Below, one piece after another: positions 10,514 through 19,983 of a stretch of 64,000 nt of DNA. Origin of the DNA: an uncultured cyanobacterium (GTDB taxonomy: Bacteria; Cyanobacteriota; Cyanobacteriia; Cyanobacteriales; Nostocaceae); NCBI GenBank assembly GCA_963706595.1, contig OY970166.1, positions 4,704,001 through 4,768,000 of the forward strand, written 5' to 3'. The notes beneath the pieces are model-generated. The model was given only the letters and a program-made list of their open reading frames with translations, had not been told where the DNA came from and did no database searches. Within the stretch, counting starts at the first letter, position 1, and each line of letters begins with the position of its first letter. The position numbers and the translations under genes were made by a program.

Positions 10514-13500
10514 TCATAATACGCTCACTCTATCCTCCATTACTTGCTTAAAAAATTCTAGATAAGTATCAGCTACTGTATCAGCAGCAAAGAGATTATT
10601 AAACACATAGGTAGTATTTCTTTTATGCAGGTTTAATAATTCTTCATTATTCATGTAAAGCAACATTGCCGCAATCAGTTGATCTTGATTAACTTCTCCT
10701 GAAGACTGAAGCGGTACAATTATTCCAGCATCTTTACCATGCAAAGAAATCATTTCTGCAATTGAACCTTTATCTGTGGCAATTGTGGGTTTACCGCAAG
10801 CCAAATATTCTATAATTGTTGATGGCAAGGATTCCGAAATAAAACGTGTTGGCAGTAATCCTACATCACAAAATGCCATGATTTCTGTAGGATATTGTAC
10901 TTCTTTTCTGAATTCTATCTCGGCAATATCTTGGTAGCTTAATTGCAAATCTTGAGCATAATCGCTGTATCCTATGAGGATCAGCTTTGCAGTTTTATGC
11001 TCACGTTTCTCTGGTGGTAATTGATTAATAAAGATAATTGATTTAATCGCCTCTTCCCAACCTTTCTCAGGAATAGCGCGGGAACAGAGACAGAAAATAA
11101 AATCTCCTGTTTGACGATGAACTATAGATGAGGATGGAATGTGAAGATCATCTTTACTCAAACCGTTAAATAGTTGCTTAATGTGTTTTGGTAGGGCAAT
11201 ATTCCGATTTTCAAAACATTTAATGTTGCGCTCGGTAGAATAGCAGATACCTGACGCAGACTGCATTAAAGGACGAATCAATTGTTTAAACTCAACATCC
11301 CAACTTGGATTTGCTAAAAGTCCCTCATAGCATCCATGCATTCGGATAAACCACGGAAGTTCTAGTTCTTGATTTAATTTATAAACAAAGCGATCTGCCC
11401 ACCAAACATGAGATAAAATAACATCAATCTGGTGCAGGCGTATCAAATCGCGGACTACCTGCAAACGTAATTCGCCTTCAGAAATTTGACTCAGATTGTT
11501 GAATGGTTGTTCTTGGCAATTTGACCAAGAGTTTGGCTCTAAAGAACCCTCAAGGAAGACTACATTTTTATCTACTAAACCGATAATGTCATAGCTATAT
11601 AAGTCAGGTCTGGCGTTACAGAGAAAAACTCGGTTGTTCTTGGCAAATTCATTAGCCAAGCGGATACCTGCAATTTGCCCACCACCAACTTCAGCATCAC
11701 CAATCACAACTAATATGTTCAGTCCAGTTGGTAGGGGAGAATATTTATGATGCAAGTTTTTTTGAATACGTTCTATGTTGGGTTGAAGATTTTCATTACT
11801 AGTAAATTTAGGTCTAGATACTCCTTTGCGAATTGCTAAATCATAATACTCATATATTGTTCTTCCCAAGCTTTCGGAGATCCGATTCAAAGATATTTTG
11901 GTTGTCTCATATATTTCTGCTTTAACTTCCAGGATTTCTTGTATACCTTTTTCCTGTGATTCTATTTTATTAGTGACAGTCTCTAAATGCCGACGGTGAA
12001 AATTCAGTGTCTCTGAGACAAATGCTATTTTTCCTTGATTTAATAAGCTGATATAAAAAAACCAATCACCTGTGAACCGAAATGAAGCCAGTTTTGCGGT
12101 AAAACTAGAAGACTTGGGTCTGCGAAACACAACGGCGCTAGCATTGGGAATGGTATTTTTTAAGCTGAGAATATCTTGGATTTCTGTGATTCCTTCATTA
12201 AAATATGATGTTTGCCATTTTTCGAGAGAAATATCGTTGGTGTAGAACAGATAATTTGGTGCGAACAATTGATTATGCTCACCCACAGGTGCTGACTGAG
12301 AGTAAGCCAGTACAATATCTGGATCAAAGAAAGTAGATACTAATTTTTCCAGAAATTTTGACTCACAATAATCATCAGCTTCAGCAATCCAAATTAAATC
12401 GCCACTACAAGCTTCTAGACCTTTGATCCACTGCTTAAATGGACTACCACTATTTTCTGTATTTTCAATAAACTTGAAATCAATATGCGATCTTTCAGCT
12501 ATTTTTCTGGCTTTCTCCAGACTGTCGTCTTGGGAAGCATCATCTAAAAAAATTATTTCATCTGGCTTGAGAGTTTGGCTTAAAATTGTTTGCAGCCGTT
12601 GCTCTATATATTTACTATAATTATAGTTCGGAACGATTACTGAAATTTTAAATTTCTGTGATGGGCAGTAATTAAAGTCACTTTTGAAGATGTTAACAAT
12701 TTGCTCAGAAAAACAATTCCACGTCAGAGATTTCTCAATTAAATTCTTGGCGTTTAATGATATTTTTTTTCGCCGTTCTTGATCGGAAATAAGAGCCAGA
12801 ATTTCTTGCACCATTGCATCGACGTTGAGATATTCGACAGATACTCCACACTCGTTAGGATAAATTTCTGTCGCACCACCGCCCCCTTCAAAGGCTATGA
12901 CTGGTAAACCACAACTCATAGCTTCTAGATTCACCAGTGGGAAGGGATCTTCTCTTGATGTCAATAAAAATATATCCGCGCCAGCAAAATAATTTGATGT
13001 ATCATTTCTTGGTCCTGCGATAATAATCTGCTTTTCCATACCCATAACTTTTGTGTCATGAAGTAACCAATTACGGAAGATATCATCGTAGGATTTACCA
13101 ATCCAGATAAACCAAATGTTAGTAACATTACCCGAATTTAGCACTCGTTTTGCCACCTGAACAAATATATCGCTTCCTTTACGCATATCAACTGTGCCAC
13201 AGCCTAAAATGATTAAGGCATCATTTGGTAAGCTAAACTCTTGCCTGAGTTTTTGTCTAGCATTTTCAGTATCAATGTGGGCAAAGTTTTTGGCGGGTGC
13301 AGCATAAACTGTTGAAAATAGCTGTTGATCTACGCCATAATATTTCGCAAGTGAAGATTTGACAAACTCAGAAACAACAATAGTTTTTCGGGAATGTTTG
13401 ATAATCTTTTCAAAACTTGGTTTGCCTTCTAAGTATGTTTCAATAGATGTTGGCAATTCGTGTAACCAAGCCAAAACAGGAATTTTGTTTTCATCACAAG

Positions 13501-15103
13501 CTTTATTGATGTGGGAGATGGCGGCTGTGTTACATATCGCAACGCTGCTGTGAGAGAATTGACGGAAACTAGAGAGAACATCTTGCAAAATCTGGTCTTT
13601 GTAAAGATTAGATTTTGCCAGTTTGCTTAAGTTTAAAGTGGGAGCATATTTAGCAAATTCTTCTTCCATTTCTTCGCCACGGTCTAGAAGCACCCAGCAA
13701 TCAAAATCCGGTTGATTTACTAATTCTTTCAACAGCATTAGTAAGCAAATTGGCGCGCCTGTGCGGGTGGCATCATGAGAGATTAATAATACTTTAAAGT
13801 GTTTAGAACCTTGAGGTTTATGTTTAGTTAGCTGTTGCCAAGGTAGTTCTAAAAAGTCGAATTTCGTTTGGTTTTGAGGTGGCGAAGATAAGAGGACTTC
13901 TAAAAAGCCATATTTACGCACTTTGGCTATTGCATAACCAATACCTCTGGTTTTTAAGATGGTTGATAAAAATTTTACTTTGATAATTAATTGCTTAAAA
14001 AAAAACTTGCTATTTTGTGACGGATTATCTTTATCTAGACCAAATAATCCTTTGATTTTAAACCATAGCTGTCGCATTTTCCAAAATTTGCTGGTTTCCA
14101 TTGCGGCGATAGTGATCTGCGATCGCTCAAATTCCGCCTGAGTTTGTTGTAGTTGAGACTGCGATCGCTCAAATTCCGCCTGAGTTTGTTGTAGTTGAGA
14201 CTGCGATCGCTCTAGTTCAGTCTGAGTCTGTTGTAGTTGAGACTGCGATCGCTCTAGTTCAGTCTGAGTCTGTTGTAGTTGAGACTGCGATCGCTCTAGT
14301 TCAGTCTGAGTCTCTTGCAGTTGCAATTGCGATCGCTGCGATGTTTCCAAAACTTTCTCATAATTCGTTTTGATTTCAAAATATTGTTCTTCCATAGTGC
14401 AAGGATTTGCCCTGATAATAAACTGTAATGTATCGGCATCTTTATCTTCTTGAATTTTTTTAATAGTATCTACATGAAATTCATCTCTATTATTTTGAGG
14501 TATCAAATCGCTCTTTATAAAACAATCTAATTTTGTACAATCTACAATTTTTGCTAAATAGCCAGTTTTTTCAAATAATTCTTTAACTGTTTTTCTCGTA
14601 AAAAACCTGAGATGAGTATTATCTAAAATACCCAAATCTGTATAATCAAATCGACCTTTGAGCAAAGATAAGCGAATTGCAGCATGAGCTATGTTCGGAA
14701 TAGAAGCAATTACATAGCCATCTTTTTTTAATATCTGCTTAGTTTCTAGCAAAACTTTGCTAGGGTTTCGCAGATGTTCTAAAACATCTCCAAATATTGC
14801 TATGTCGAACTCCTGAGCAGGTAATATTTTTAGAATAGAAACAAAATCTAAATCGGCAACTATTACCTCTTCACAGTGCTGTTGGGCAGCTTGGGCTGCA
14901 TCTGAGTTGATCTCAACTCCAGTAACAATACATCCTTTTTTCTTAAGTAACTGAGCTAAGTATCCAGTAGCGCACCCAAAATCTACTACGCGCTGATTAT
15001 TTTCTACTAGCTCAACTATTTTACTTAAACTATTGTTTTTATCTAGTGCTTCCTCTGTCAAGTATTCGGATGAGGGATAATCTTTTGACCAATCTTTATC
15101 CAT
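10514..15103 (-). CDS. Multidomain polysaccharide synthase: SAM methyltransferase + coiled coil + GT4 + GT2 + GT4
   Basis: MTase: VVDFGCATG, FGDVLEHL. Tandem ERSQSQLQQTQTEL repeats. GT4: SREDPFPLVNLEAM. GT2: ISVIVPNYNY...DDASQD...AEADD. Second GT4: SESLPSTIIEYL. Confidence 0.88.
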   Translation of the reverse strand: MDKDWSKDYPSSEYLTEEALDKNNSLSKIVELVENNQRVVDFGCATGYLAQLLKKKGCIVTGVEINSDAAQAAQQHCEEVIVADLDFVSILKILPAQEFDIAIFGDVLEHLRNPSKVLLETKQILKKDGYVIASIPNIAHAAIRLSLLKGRFDYTDLGILDNTHLRFFTRKTVKELFEKTGYLAKIVDCTKLDCFIKSDLIPQNNRDEFHVDTIKKIQEDKDADTLQFIIRANPCTMEEQYFEIKTNYEKVLETSQRSQLQLQETQTELERSQSQLQQTQTELERSQSQLQQTQTELERSQSQLQQTQAEFERSQSQLQQTQAEFERSQITIAAMETSKFWKMRQLWFKIKGLFGLDKDNPSQNSKFFFKQLIIKVKFLSTILKTRGIGYAIAKVRKYGFLEVLLSSPPQNQTKFDFLELPWQQLTKHKPQGSKHFKVLLISHDATRTGAPICLLMLLKELVNQPDFDCWVLLDRGEEMEEEFAKYAPTLNLSKLAKSNLYKDQILQDVLSSFRQFSHSSVAICNTAAISHINKACDENKIPVLAWLHELPTSIETYLEGKPSFEKIIKHSRKTIVVSEFVKSSLAKYYGVDQQLFSTVYAAPAKNFAHIDTENARQKLRQEFSLPNDALIILGCGTVDMRKGSDIFVQVAKRVLNSGNVTNIWFIWIGKSYDDIFRNWLLHDTKVMGMEKQIIIAGPRNDTSNYFAGADIFLLTSREDPFPLVNLEAMSCGLPVIAFEGGGGATEIYPNECGVSVEYLNVDAMVQEILALISDQERRKKISLNAKNLIEKSLTWNCFSEQIVNIFKSDFNYCPSQKFKISVIVPNYNYSKYIEQRLQTILSQTLKPDEIIFLDDASQDDSLEKARKIAERSHIDFKFIENTENSGSPFKQWIKGLEACSGDLIWIAEADDYCESKFLEKLVSTFFDPDIVLAYSQSAPVGEHNQLFAPNYLFYTNDISLEKWQTSYFNEGITEIQDILSLKNTIPNASAVVFRRPKSSSFTAKLASFRFTGDWFFYISLLNQGKIAFVSETLNFHRRHLETVTNKIESQEKGIQEILEVKAEIYETTKISLNRISESLGRTIYEYYDLAIRKGVSRPKFTSNENLQPNIERIQKNLHHKYSPLPTGLNILVVIGDAEVGGGQIAGIRLANEFAKNNRVFLCNARPDLYSYDIIGLVDKNVVFLEGSLEPNSWSNCQEQPFNNLSQISEGELRLQVVRDLIRLHQIDVILSHVWWADRFVYKLNQELELPWFIRMHGCYEGLLANPSWDVEFKQLIRPLMQSASGICYSTERNIKCFENRNIALPKHIKQLFNGLSKDDLHIPSSSIVHRQTGDFIFCLCSRAIPEKGWEEAIKSIIFINQLPPEKREHKTAKLILIGYSDYAQDLQLSYQDIAEIEFRKEVQYPTEIMAFCDVGLLPTRFISESLPSTIIEYLACGKPTIATDKGSIAEMISLHGKDAGIIVPLQSSGEVNQDQLIAAMLLYMNNEELLNLHKRNTTYVFNNLFAADTVADTYLEFFKQVMEDRVSVL
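14117..14336. repeat. In-frame 42-bp tandem repeat (about 5.2 units), each unit containing a HIP1 site
   Basis: GCGATCGC at 14119, 14161, 14203, 14245, 14287 and 14329, an exact 42-bp period. Each unit encodes 14 aa (two heptads). Confidence 0.95.
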
Positions 15104-15137
15104 ATTTATATATAGTTATAGAACTTTAATAAAGAAA

Positions 15138-16490
15138 TTATACTGAGATTTCTATTGTTGGTAAAACTGTTTTTTTTACATTGACCCTAATTGGCTGGTC
15201 AACTAAAGCATAAATATTTTTTCCTGTATTCGGAGGTAAAACTTGAAAGATAATTGCATTATCAATCCAATCGAAAGTAACATCTTCATAATTTTGCGAC
15301 CCCGCCACTGTCAAACTATAAGAGTTCGGTCTTAAAGGTAACTTAAAAACAAATTTAATTTCTAATTGCTCTCCTGATGCTAGACTATCTATCTGAATAT
15401 TTTCTTCAAAAGTGTTACTACCAATTATTTCGTTGCCATTTTTATCACAAATATAAAATCCAACAATGCAACTCGCAAGTGGTTCATAAGTTTTTAAATT
15501 AACAATTAATGTAACTTCTTCGTTGAATTCAAAAATAGGGCTTTCTCCGGGATTATCACCCAAGTGATTCAGAAGCTTTATTTGTTCAAATTTAGCCTTA
15601 CTGCTACCTCTACGTGTTGACTTACCAAAAGTTTTATTGGTAGATAAATTATCAGTAATTGCAGATGTAGTTATGGGTTTGTCTAAAGCCGTAGCCTCGC
15701 TATTTTGCTCCTTAATTGGAGTCTGTATTTCTAATGGTTCCCTTAAACCTAATTCCAAATCCGTAACTAATTTAAGATATTCAATTATGACTGCATTCGG
15801 CAAACCAGAAGCACGTAACTTGCCATCATGAATCATGACTGCGGAATTACACAAATTTTTGATTGCTCCGGAATCGTGAGAGACAAATAAAGTTGTTACC
15901 CCAGAATCCATTAAATCTCGCATCCGCCGCATACATCGATGCTGAAACACAACATCACCAACAGCCAATGCTTCATCCACAATTAAAATTTCTGGATTGA
16001 CATTTACTGCTACAGCAAATGCTAAACGAACAAACATACCGCTTGAGTATGTTTTAACAGGTTGCTCGATAAAGTCTCCTATATCTGCAAATCCGGCAAT
16101 TTCATCAAACTTTTCGGCAATTTCTTGTTGAGTTAACCCCAATAAGCGCCCATTAAAAAATACATTTTGTCGCCCTGTAAACTCTGGGTTAAAACCACTT
16201 CCTAGTTCTAATAAAGCAGAGACTCGACCTTTGACTTGTACTTCACCGCTTGTGGGGGTTAAGGTTCCAGCGATGATTTGCAAGAGCGTACTTTTACCAG
16301 AGCCATTGCGCCCAATAATTCCTACTGTTTGTCCTTTGGGAATTTCTAAATTAATATCGCGTAATGCCCAAAATTCATCAGAAATACTTTTACCGGGTAA
16401 TAAAATTTCTTTTAAACGGTCTACTGGACGAGCATAGCGCTTAAAGCACTTCGATACATTTTTGAGAGAAATTGCAATTTCTTCTCCCAT
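15138..16490 (-). CDS. wzt: Polysaccharide ABC transporter ATP-binding subunit with C-terminal Wzt_C carbohydrate-binding domain
   Basis: GRNGSGKST, YSSGM, IVDEALAVGD, plus a ~150-aa C-terminal beta-rich extension. Confidence 0.92.
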   Translation of the reverse strand: MGEEIAISLKNVSKCFKRYARPVDRLKEILLPGKSISDEFWALRDINLEIPKGQTVGIIGRNGSGKSTLLQIIAGTLTPTSGEVQVKGRVSALLELGSGFNPEFTGRQNVFFNGRLLGLTQQEIAEKFDEIAGFADIGDFIEQPVKTYSSGMFVRLAFAVAVNVNPEILIVDEALAVGDVVFQHRCMRRMRDLMDSGVTTLFVSHDSGAIKNLCNSAVMIHDGKLRASGLPNAVIIEYLKLVTDLELGLREPLEIQTPIKEQNSEATALDKPITTSAITDNLSTNKTFGKSTRRGSSKAKFEQIKLLNHLGDNPGESPIFEFNEEVTLIVNLKTYEPLASCIVGFYICDKNGNEIIGSNTFEENIQIDSLASGEQLEIKFVFKLPLRPNSYSLTVAGSQNYEDVTFDWIDNAIIFQVLPPNTGKNIYALVDQPIRVNVKKTVLPTIEISV

Positions 16491-16556
16491 ATTTTCAATC
16501 TCACTCCTCTAAACTCACACACAATTAGCAAAGTTAATATTTTATAGTATAGTCAT

Positions 16557-17402
16557 TTACAACACATCAGCAAAAGCCGGACGTAACCGCTTGTAGACTG
16601 CAAAGCCAAGGCAAAATATAACTAGTGCGATCGCACTCGCAACTCCCCATTCTCCCCAATGCTTCACCTCCCCTACTAAAATTAAATCACGATAAACCTC
16701 CGCGATCGCAGTCAACGGATTTAACCAAAATACCCAATTTCGCCATGCTTCGGGAATTGCTGAGGCAGGATAAATAATTGGTGTTAAATACATCCAAATA
16801 TTTAAAGTTACTCCCAGTGTCTGCGGAACATCACGTAAAAAAACCGTTAATCCCGCCGCCAAATAACCCAAACCAGCTGTTAATAATAATTGTGTTAACC
16901 AGACTAAGGGTAACAGTGCCAACGTAGGATGTAAAGTATGCGCTTGTACTGCCACAAATAAAATCAACGCCATTAAACCGAAAGAACTTTCAATGAACGT
17001 CGATAAAATTGGCACCAAGGGTAACAAAGCCAGGGGAAATACCACCTTCTTAACTAAATTCGGCTGGCCTACCACCGAACTAGCAGATTGCATTAGTCCA
17101 CCTGAAAAAGCAATCCAAGGGAGCAAACCAGCAAATAACCACAATCCAAAAGTGAAATTATTTTCTGGCAAACTTGTGAGAGTGAGCTTTACCCTTAAAA
17201 CAATGGAAAACACATAAGTATAAATCAGTAATTGTGAAAGCTGATTTACCAAAGGCCACAAATTTCCCAAAACAGAACCCTTATACCGCGCCTCTAAATC
17301 TCGCCGCACTAAAGTTCTCAATAAATCAAACTTAGCCCACAATTGCTGGTTTATTGGCAGTATTCGCCTCAGCTTTCCTACCTTACTTACAGCATTTTGC
17401 AT
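16557..17402 (-). CDS. wzm: Polysaccharide ABC transporter permease
   Basis: RRDLEARYKGSVLGNLW, MYLTPIIYP, LNPL, FADVL. Probable ATG start at 17402. Confidence 0.92.
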   Translation of the reverse strand: MQNAVSKVGKLRRILPINQQLWAKFDLLRTLVRRDLEARYKGSVLGNLWPLVNQLSQLLIYTYVFSIVLRVKLTLTSLPENNFTFGLWLFAGLLPWIAFSGGLMQSASSVVGQPNLVKKVVFPLALLPLVPILSTFIESSFGLMALILFVAVQAHTLHPTLALLPLVWLTQLLLTAGLGYLAAGLTVFLRDVPQTLGVTLNIWMYLTPIIYPASAIPEAWRNWVFWLNPLTAIAEVYRDLILVGEVKHWGEWGVASAIALVIFCLGFAVYKRLRPAFADVL

Positions 17403-17573
17403 TATCCGTACCAATGCCTGTTTCCTCGCTCACTACTCACACTCACACTTAATTATCATCAATTAATCACAATATTATATGAAGATTTCTTCAATTTTTA
17501 TACGTGTATAAATAATAGCTATAACAAAGGATTGAGAAAATTAATAAACTATACACACATATACCTTTACTAC

Positions 17574-17621
17574 AAAAAATACCTTCATCCAGATGATTTT
17601 GTTTGGATGAAGGTATTTTTT
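17574..17621. terminator. Intrinsic terminator (bidirectional-type hairpin) downstream of Uma2
   Basis: AAAAAATACCTTCATCCA-N12-TGGATGAAGGTATTTTTT, a perfect 18-bp inverted repeat with A/T tails. Confidence 0.8.
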
Positions 17622-17626
17622 CTGAC

Positions 17627-18301
17627 TTAAGTTAAAGTATCTGGGTCAACTCCTAAAGAACGCAAATGTTCCGCCAGTCGTTCCGCCCGTTGATGTTCCT
17701 GTTCAGCCCGTTGTCTTTCTTGTTCCACCAATTCTGCCAGTTCTGTGGGTATCAGTAATTTAGCCCCAGTATCTAAGCGATAAAACCTTAACAGTTCCTC
17801 TTCAACTTCCAGGCGCAATCCTAAAGGCTGAGATAAACTGTCAGTAATCGGGTGATAAATTTCATTCTGTAAACGATATCCCTGCAATTTTTCGTTAACC
17901 CATTCGCCTTTGGGGTCAAATAACCAGTATTCTAAAATACCTAATTGTTCATATAAGATTTTTTTTTGCTCTTGATCCTGCTTTTGAGTGCCTTTACTTG
18001 TCATCTCAAATACCACTTGCGGCACTTGACCTTCTTCCCAGACTTTATAGTTATCTCTACCCCCAGGCTGCACATCAAAAATTACCATTACATCTGGTGC
18101 AACTCTTAATCGAGGAAAACCCTGAGCATAATATAGAAATTGATTTGCTAGTACCGTTGCCTGTCTACCTGCTAAGTATTGTTTCAGAACTTCCAATGTA
18201 GTTAAAATGGCATAGAGATGTAGATATGTTTCTGCCACAGGTTCTCCATCAGCACTGGGATATTCAATGTTTGTATCTACTAAATTTATGGCGGTAGTCA
18301 T
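17627..18301 (-). CDS. Uma2 (DUF820) family putative PD-(D/E)XK endonuclease
   Basis: YPSADGEPVAE, APDVMV, PQVVFEMTS, LGILEYWLFDP, C-terminal AEQERQRAE...LGVDPD tail. Confidence 0.92.
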   Translation of the reverse strand: MTTAINLVDTNIEYPSADGEPVAETYLHLYAILTTLEVLKQYLAGRQATVLANQFLYYAQGFPRLRVAPDVMVIFDVQPGGRDNYKVWEEGQVPQVVFEMTSKGTQKQDQEQKKILYEQLGILEYWLFDPKGEWVNEKLQGYRLQNEIYHPITDSLSQPLGLRLEVEEELLRFYRLDTGAKLLIPTELAELVEQERQRAEQEHQRAERLAEHLRSLGVDPDTLT

Positions 18302-18459
18302 AGTTGTTACCTAATCAAGGAAACTATCTTGGTTAACTCCTAGAGTCAGCAAATGTTGCGCTCATTGTTGCCCTTGTACTCAATTATCGCGGAAATCTAT
18401 CACCGAAGGGACACTGATTCGGCTAAACTGAGACTTGGTTTATTGCATTGTGACTAGGC

Positions 18460-18651
18460 ATGGAAATCGGACAAAAGGTTAAAGTTTTTCGTCTGCGCGA
18501 TCGCGTATCTGCTGCTATTGCGAAAAAACTCGGACAAATAGGCATTATCCAAGGCTACAAAGTCACGGATGGTCGTGGAATCGGTGTAGTGGTACTGTTT
18601 GACGACAATTCTTCCACTTGGTTTTTTGAAGATGAAATCAAACTTGTGTAA
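18460..18651 (+). CDS. petP: Cytochrome b6f-associated subunit PetP (DUF2862)
   Basis: MEIGQKVKV.RLRDRV...GYKVTDG.GIGVVV.FDD..STWFFEDE, SH3-like small protein, upstream of chlG. Confidence 0.85.
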   Translation: MEIGQKVKVFRLRDRVSAAIAKKLGQIGIIQGYKVTDGRGIGVVVLFDDNSSTWFFEDEIKLV

Positions 18652-18739
18652 TGGATAGAACTCAACGCGGAAGCTAAGAGTATTTGCCTAGTGCTAAGTT
18701 GGAGTGGAAAAGATTGGCGGTGAATATAGGAATCAAGTC

Positions 18740-19840
18740 ATGTCCCTGATATTGACATTTTTGGGCAAAGGCGGTGTAGCGCGGACTAAAATTGCGATCG
18801 CCGCCGCCAAGTTATTGGCAAGCCAAGGCAAGCGTGTACTTCTAGCAGGTTTGGCAGAACCAGTTTTACCCATTTTACTGGATCAGTCCCTGACTCCTGA
18901 TCCCCAGGAAATTGCTCCCAATTTACAGGTTGTGCAGTTTCAATCATCTGTGTTGCTAGAACGCAACTGGGAAGAAGTGAAAAAACTGGAGGCGCAATAC
19001 CTCCGCACGCCCATCTTCAAAGATGTTTATGGTCAAGAACTGGTAGTCTTACCAGGGATGGACAGCGCCCTGGCCTTGAATGCGATCCGCGAATATGATG
19101 CCAGTGGCAAATATGACGCGATTATCTACGATGGCACAGGTGATTCCTTGACCCTGCGAATGTTGGGGATGCCAGAATCTCTGAGTTGGTATATACGGCG
19201 ATTTCAGCAATTATTTGTCAACTCTGATTTGGGAAAGACTATTGCGGAATCGCCTTTAATTCAGCCGCTAATTAGCAGCTTTTTTAATGTCAACTGGACA
19301 GCAGATAATTTTTCTCTACCAACCAACCAAGTGAATGGTTTTTTAGATAAAGGAAAAGCCGCCCTTGCAGATCCTCATCGCGTTGCGGCCTTCTTGGTGA
19401 GTACACCAGACCCCCTAGAAGTGGCTAGTTCCCGCTATTTGTGGGGTAGCGCTCAACAAATCGGTTTAACCGTTGGTGGTGTAATTCTGGTATCACCTGA
19501 GCCAAACGTCAACCTGTCAGAAGAATTTACACCTCTGAGTGTGAGCGTTGTTCCCGATGTTCCCACAGGCGAATGGCAACCTTTGATAGATGCTCTACCC
19601 AACTTTGTAGAACAAGCACTACAGGCTCCTAAACCCATAGAAGTTGACATCCACAATCGTCAAGTCCGCTTATTCTTGCCAGGATTTGACAAAAAGCAAG
19701 TCAAACTTACCCAATATGGTCCCGAAGTCACAATAGATGCCGGAGATCATCGGCGTAATCTGTTCTTACCCCCAGCACTAACTGGCAGACAGGTGACTGG
19801 AGCCAAATTTCAGAATAATTATTTGATAATTTCTTTTTAA
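18740..19840 (+). CDS. ArsA/Get3-family ATPase-like protein with C-terminal alpha-crystallin-like domain (Get3d type)
   Basis: LTFLGKGG deviant P-loop, LPGMDSAL, YDG, C-terminal LFLPGFDKKQVKLTQ...GAKF. ATG at 18740. Confidence 0.85.
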   Translation: MSLILTFLGKGGVARTKIAIAAAKLLASQGKRVLLAGLAEPVLPILLDQSLTPDPQEIAPNLQVVQFQSSVLLERNWEEVKKLEAQYLRTPIFKDVYGQELVVLPGMDSALALNAIREYDASGKYDAIIYDGTGDSLTLRMLGMPESLSWYIRRFQQLFVNSDLGKTIAESPLIQPLISSFFNVNWTADNFSLPTNQVNGFLDKGKAALADPHRVAAFLVSTPDPLEVASSRYLWGSAQQIGLTVGGVILVSPEPNVNLSEEFTPLSVSVVPDVPTGEWQPLIDALPNFVEQALQAPKPIEVDIHNRQVRLFLPGFDKKQVKLTQYGPEVTIDAGDHRRNLFLPPALTGRQVTGAKFQNNYLIISF

Positions 19841-19983
19841 TTACTGGGTACTGGGAAGAGGCAGAGGGGTAGGGGGCAGTGGGGAAGTTTTTGGGCTAGT
19901 GCCACAATCTTTTTTCCTCATCTCCTTCTATTCCTCACTCCCTATTCCCCACTCCCTACTCCCTACTCCCTACTCATAGTTTT

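Noticed and set aside
14117..14336. 42-bp periodic repeat as a CRISPR array
   Set aside because: The units are contiguous with no unique spacers, lie in frame inside a CDS, and no cas genes are present.
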